64,000 nt of DNA, from the NCBI RefSeq assembly GCF_018350175.1, contig NC_058382.1, forward strand, positions 55,988,001 to 56,052,000, read 5' to 3'. The stretch is from Felis catus. Its lineage: Eukaryota. Of this stretch, positions 60,761 through 64,000 are shown piece after piece. The notes beneath the pieces are model-generated. The model saw only the letters and a program-made list of their open reading frames with translations, made no database searches and was not told the origin of the DNA. The position numbers were made by a program, and so were the translations under genes. Within the stretch, counting starts at the first letter, position 1. Each line of letters begins with the position of its first letter.

Positions 60761-62884
60761 TTCCAGAGCTATCCACCCAGAACAGAGCCGAGGCTGCTCC
60801 AGGAATTCCTGTACAGAGTCCAACAGTCCCTGTCAAATCGGGCTGCTGGCACAGCGCGGGTTATTCCCTGGTGCTCAGTAGGAAGGATTCTAGCTCCCTT
60901 TGGACGCAGGAATCTGAAATACACTGTGCAGGACAGAGAGTTTGGGAGTGGACCTAGAAGAATGATCAGTGGCTCCAAAGGGCAGGGCAGGAAGCCACAG
61001 AAGACAAAGCAGAAAAGAACTGGAAATAAGGATTTAAGCCAATCTCATAATCGACCTGTAACCTGCCAGCTCTTCTTCAGGAGTTTATCCAGGTGCTCTG
61101 TCCCACCAGAACCAAATTGGTGGTGGTGTTTTAAACTGAGGAAGGCAGCACTTGCGAGTGTGTGTGTGGGCACATGTATACCCTCGAATATCTTTTGTCT
61201 GGCAGATGGTGGCAGGATACGAGGGGGTGGGCCACTGCGGGGAAGGGAGAGCGGGAAGGTCGTGGTTCTCATTCCCTCTTGTCACACAGGCACCTCTGAC
61301 AGCCTCCGTGAATTGATCAGTCCTGCAAGGGGGCCAAACACATCTGTGCATGTGCATCACATTAACAGCACCTTTGCCTGACAGGTACACTTTAGGGGAT
61401 GCAGTCTCTGCCCTTTTGTGCCAAGAGCACATTCATTTTGCTCTTGATTTCAGGTACACAGGTGATTTACCTAAGCAAAACAAGCACAGCTGAAACCTTG
61501 ACTTAAAATCAAGCAACAGTGTTGCAATAGACCTAATTACATAGAACCCTGCTCCCATTCATTTGCACAAACTGGGGCTGCGGGATGGTCAACACTCTGT
61601 GTTTAAGAGGAAAACCACAGGTACAAACCCCAAGTGGTTACAGCAGAATTGGTTTATTTGAAAGCTCTGTCTTCACTTCCCTGCAAAAAATTCAGGAAAG
61701 GACTTGGGGATTCAAGGAGGTGGGGGAGTTGTCTCTCCTTGCCAGTCCTTCCCTTGCTCTCTGATAAAGGGCGTAGCCAGCAGGCTAGAAGCAACTGCAG
61801 GGGAGCAACGGATATAAATATTCAGTCGTGACAGTCCCCAAAGGATAAATGACAGCAGCCCATGCAACGTGCCTTCTGCACATTTAAAAATGACTCTTCT
61901 CATCCATACCCAAGCTGACATATTAGTAAATTGATTCCAGGTGATGCTGACATTTTGTAATTATCACTATCTATAATTTTCATCTTATTTCATTGAATAT
62001 TTTGATCGTTTAAAATAGAGTAGCATACCTAATAGTGGTCATTAGTTTAGCCCAAGGGGAAATTCATGGTTTAATAAACTCACATTAGAAATAACTTACT
62101 AAAATTACGATTGGCATTATTAGTCTCCCATTTTTTAAATAAAATATAAAACAGACTAATTTTATCCAAACTGACAGCTTTTCTCTTTCAAACTGGTTCC
62201 TTGTTCTATTGTTATCTCAGAGGAAGGAAAGACGTCTGTAGCACAGTGGCAATAATAAAAAACACAATAACGCAACACACAGGAACAAGGGTTATGTTTC
62301 GTTCTCCATATGTCAGTGTACCTTCTCTTCTTTTCTGACTAACCGTGGGCTGGAGTGAGGAAGGCAGTGTGGCTTTGAAGCAAGGTCGCATTTGGGAGAG
62401 TACTTCTCTTATCTTGCTTCTCTGAAGGGACTGTTTCTCAAGGATTGCCTGGGAAGGCAGGCAGTTCCGGGCCCCACTCCCTTATTTCTCTCGGTTATTT
62501 CTCTCCCTTATTTCATTTTTGTTGTGAGTGCATCTTCTACGGCTTGCCTGTAGGTTCATTTGGGGTAACATTTCCGAAGAACAAAAGGGGCAATTTTAAT
62601 ATGCAAGAAATGATTCTTAAAAGGTAATGAAGCACATTTGACTCTTGCCAGAGCAATGCTGTTGGTTGCCACAGGGAAACATTTCACCTTGGGCCAATAG
62701 CCTGGAATTCTAGCATTCTTTGTATTCTTTCAGCTCCAGGAGAGGGGCCTGCCTACTCTTCAACTTGCTGGTACTTCAGGTTTTGGGATTTTCTTCAAGG
62801 GATTAACAGTTGGAGATGATCTTACTGGAAGGAAGCTATACTGTTGATGTGGACATTGACCCCTTGATGGTTGAGGTCATTCTG

Positions 62885-63290
62885 TATATCCATTCATATA
62901 GCTACTCACTCACCCAGTTGCCATGTACTCACCTTCACTCATCAAGCATTCAATCAGCCTCTGTTCGTCTATTCTTCCACCCACCGATTAATCTATTCCA
63001 CCCGTCCACCCAGCCACCAGTTAATCTACATCCATGCATCCACTGATTATCATCCATCCATTCATCCACTCAAGCATGGACTCACCCAACCATCCATTTA
63101 CTCACTCATGCACCCACCAACCCATCTGCACACCTGCTCGTCTCTCTGTCCCTATCCATCTAATCACCCATTTGCTCCCCTCTTTATTTACCTATAAATC
63201 CATTTATACATTCATCCTTCATGCACAGCCCACTTATCTACCCTCTCATCCATCAATATACTCTTATCCATACAACCAGCCATCCTTTAA
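62885..63290. repeat. Degenerate (CCAT/CATT)n low-complexity tract adjoining an L2 3' end
   Basis: Repeated CATCCATCCA/CACCCA units, followed by AGCAAACATTTA (L2 terminus, - strand). Confidence 0.75.
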
Positions 63291-64000
63291 AAAATCCTTT
63301 AGCAAACATTTAACAAACCTCTGGGCTTGGTAATAAAGAGACACATAAGTCACAGTTCTACCCTTAAGGAACTTACAATCTTGTATAAGAGTCATAAATA
63401 AGCCACATATTACACAGCAGAATGCTGGGTGTTGCTGTAAAGAATGATGCCATGTTGCTGTGGGAATTCTCAAGAAGGAATGGCTTACTGTGTCTGAATG
63501 ATTCAAAGAAGGTTGTGCACATGATAAATATGGGTGTAACGTCCAGGGGTGGGCAACATGACAGCCGGGAAATGAGAGTGGATGAGTGTCTAGCCCTTAA
63601 GTTCTCTCCAAGACTATCACTTTGCTGTTTAGAAGCAACATCTGTATTCTGGAGGCTCCCCTTCCGGAGGCAGAAGTTATGGGCATATTAAGGCATCAGG
63701 CAGGTGGAAGGAACTGAAGTTTTGGCCTCAGGGAGCAAATCTAAAGAACTGGGATTCAGGACTGGCCCCTGGTCCTGAATGAAGGAAAGGGGAAGAGAAT
63801 AAACAAGCGAATTTATAAATAAAAACAAATCAGAACAGATGAGCCAAAGAACTATAGGTGGGTAAGTACATCTTAGGTTATTTCACTCACTCAACACAGA
63901 CACTTAACATAACCTTGCCCAGTGACATCTTTAACCCAAACCAAACCAGTAACAACAAAAATAGCTCCGGCACAGATCACATGCTGGAAACTGGCCTTCT

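Noticed and set aside
60926..61381. 151-aa ORF in unique sequence
   Set aside because: Non-ATG start, no recognisable domain, no clear splice boundaries; a length expected by chance in 64 kb.
62716..62880. Plus-strand acceptor TTCTTTGTATTCTTTCAG
   Set aside because: No convincing donor and no recognisable peptide.
1..64000. Repeat orientation bias as evidence for host-gene strand
   Set aside because: SINEs are 16 + versus 7 -, but most L1 fragments are -, so the signals conflict and numbers are small.
1..64000. CRISPR array, operon-like system, intact ERV/EVE, processed pseudogene, CpG-island promoter
   Set aside because: None visible: no regularly spaced repeats, no viral or host ORF recognised, CpG depleted throughout except in young SINEs.

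Overview
Mammalian, repeat-rich, CpG-depleted genomic DNA, almost certainly from a felid: it carries about 23 tRNA-derived Can-SINEs of the cat SINEC_Fc type and cat-type L1 3' ends. I find no recognisable host protein-coding exon, RNA gene or CpG island. The only ORFs with a known identity are a broken L1 ORF2p C-terminus; the rest come from SINEs, simple repeats or chance. The window looks like a giant intron or gene desert with old MIR/L2/MLT1/LTR16/LTR33/MER elements and TE-free islands that resemble enhancers. Most notable: (1) a candidate 9-nt minus-strand microexon (51375-51383) with SRRM4/RBFOX-type signals and other plausible minus-strand exons nearby; (2) a SINE-spacer-SINE unit bracketed by one TSD, suggesting DNA imported from another locus; (3) an intact TA-flanked Tc1/mariner-type MITE; (4) two 5'-inverted L1s; (5) a same-strand TGACAG motif cluster. 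Repeat family names come from remembered consensus motifs, not a database search; boundaries of old elements are approximate. Nothing here demonstrates a new biological system.
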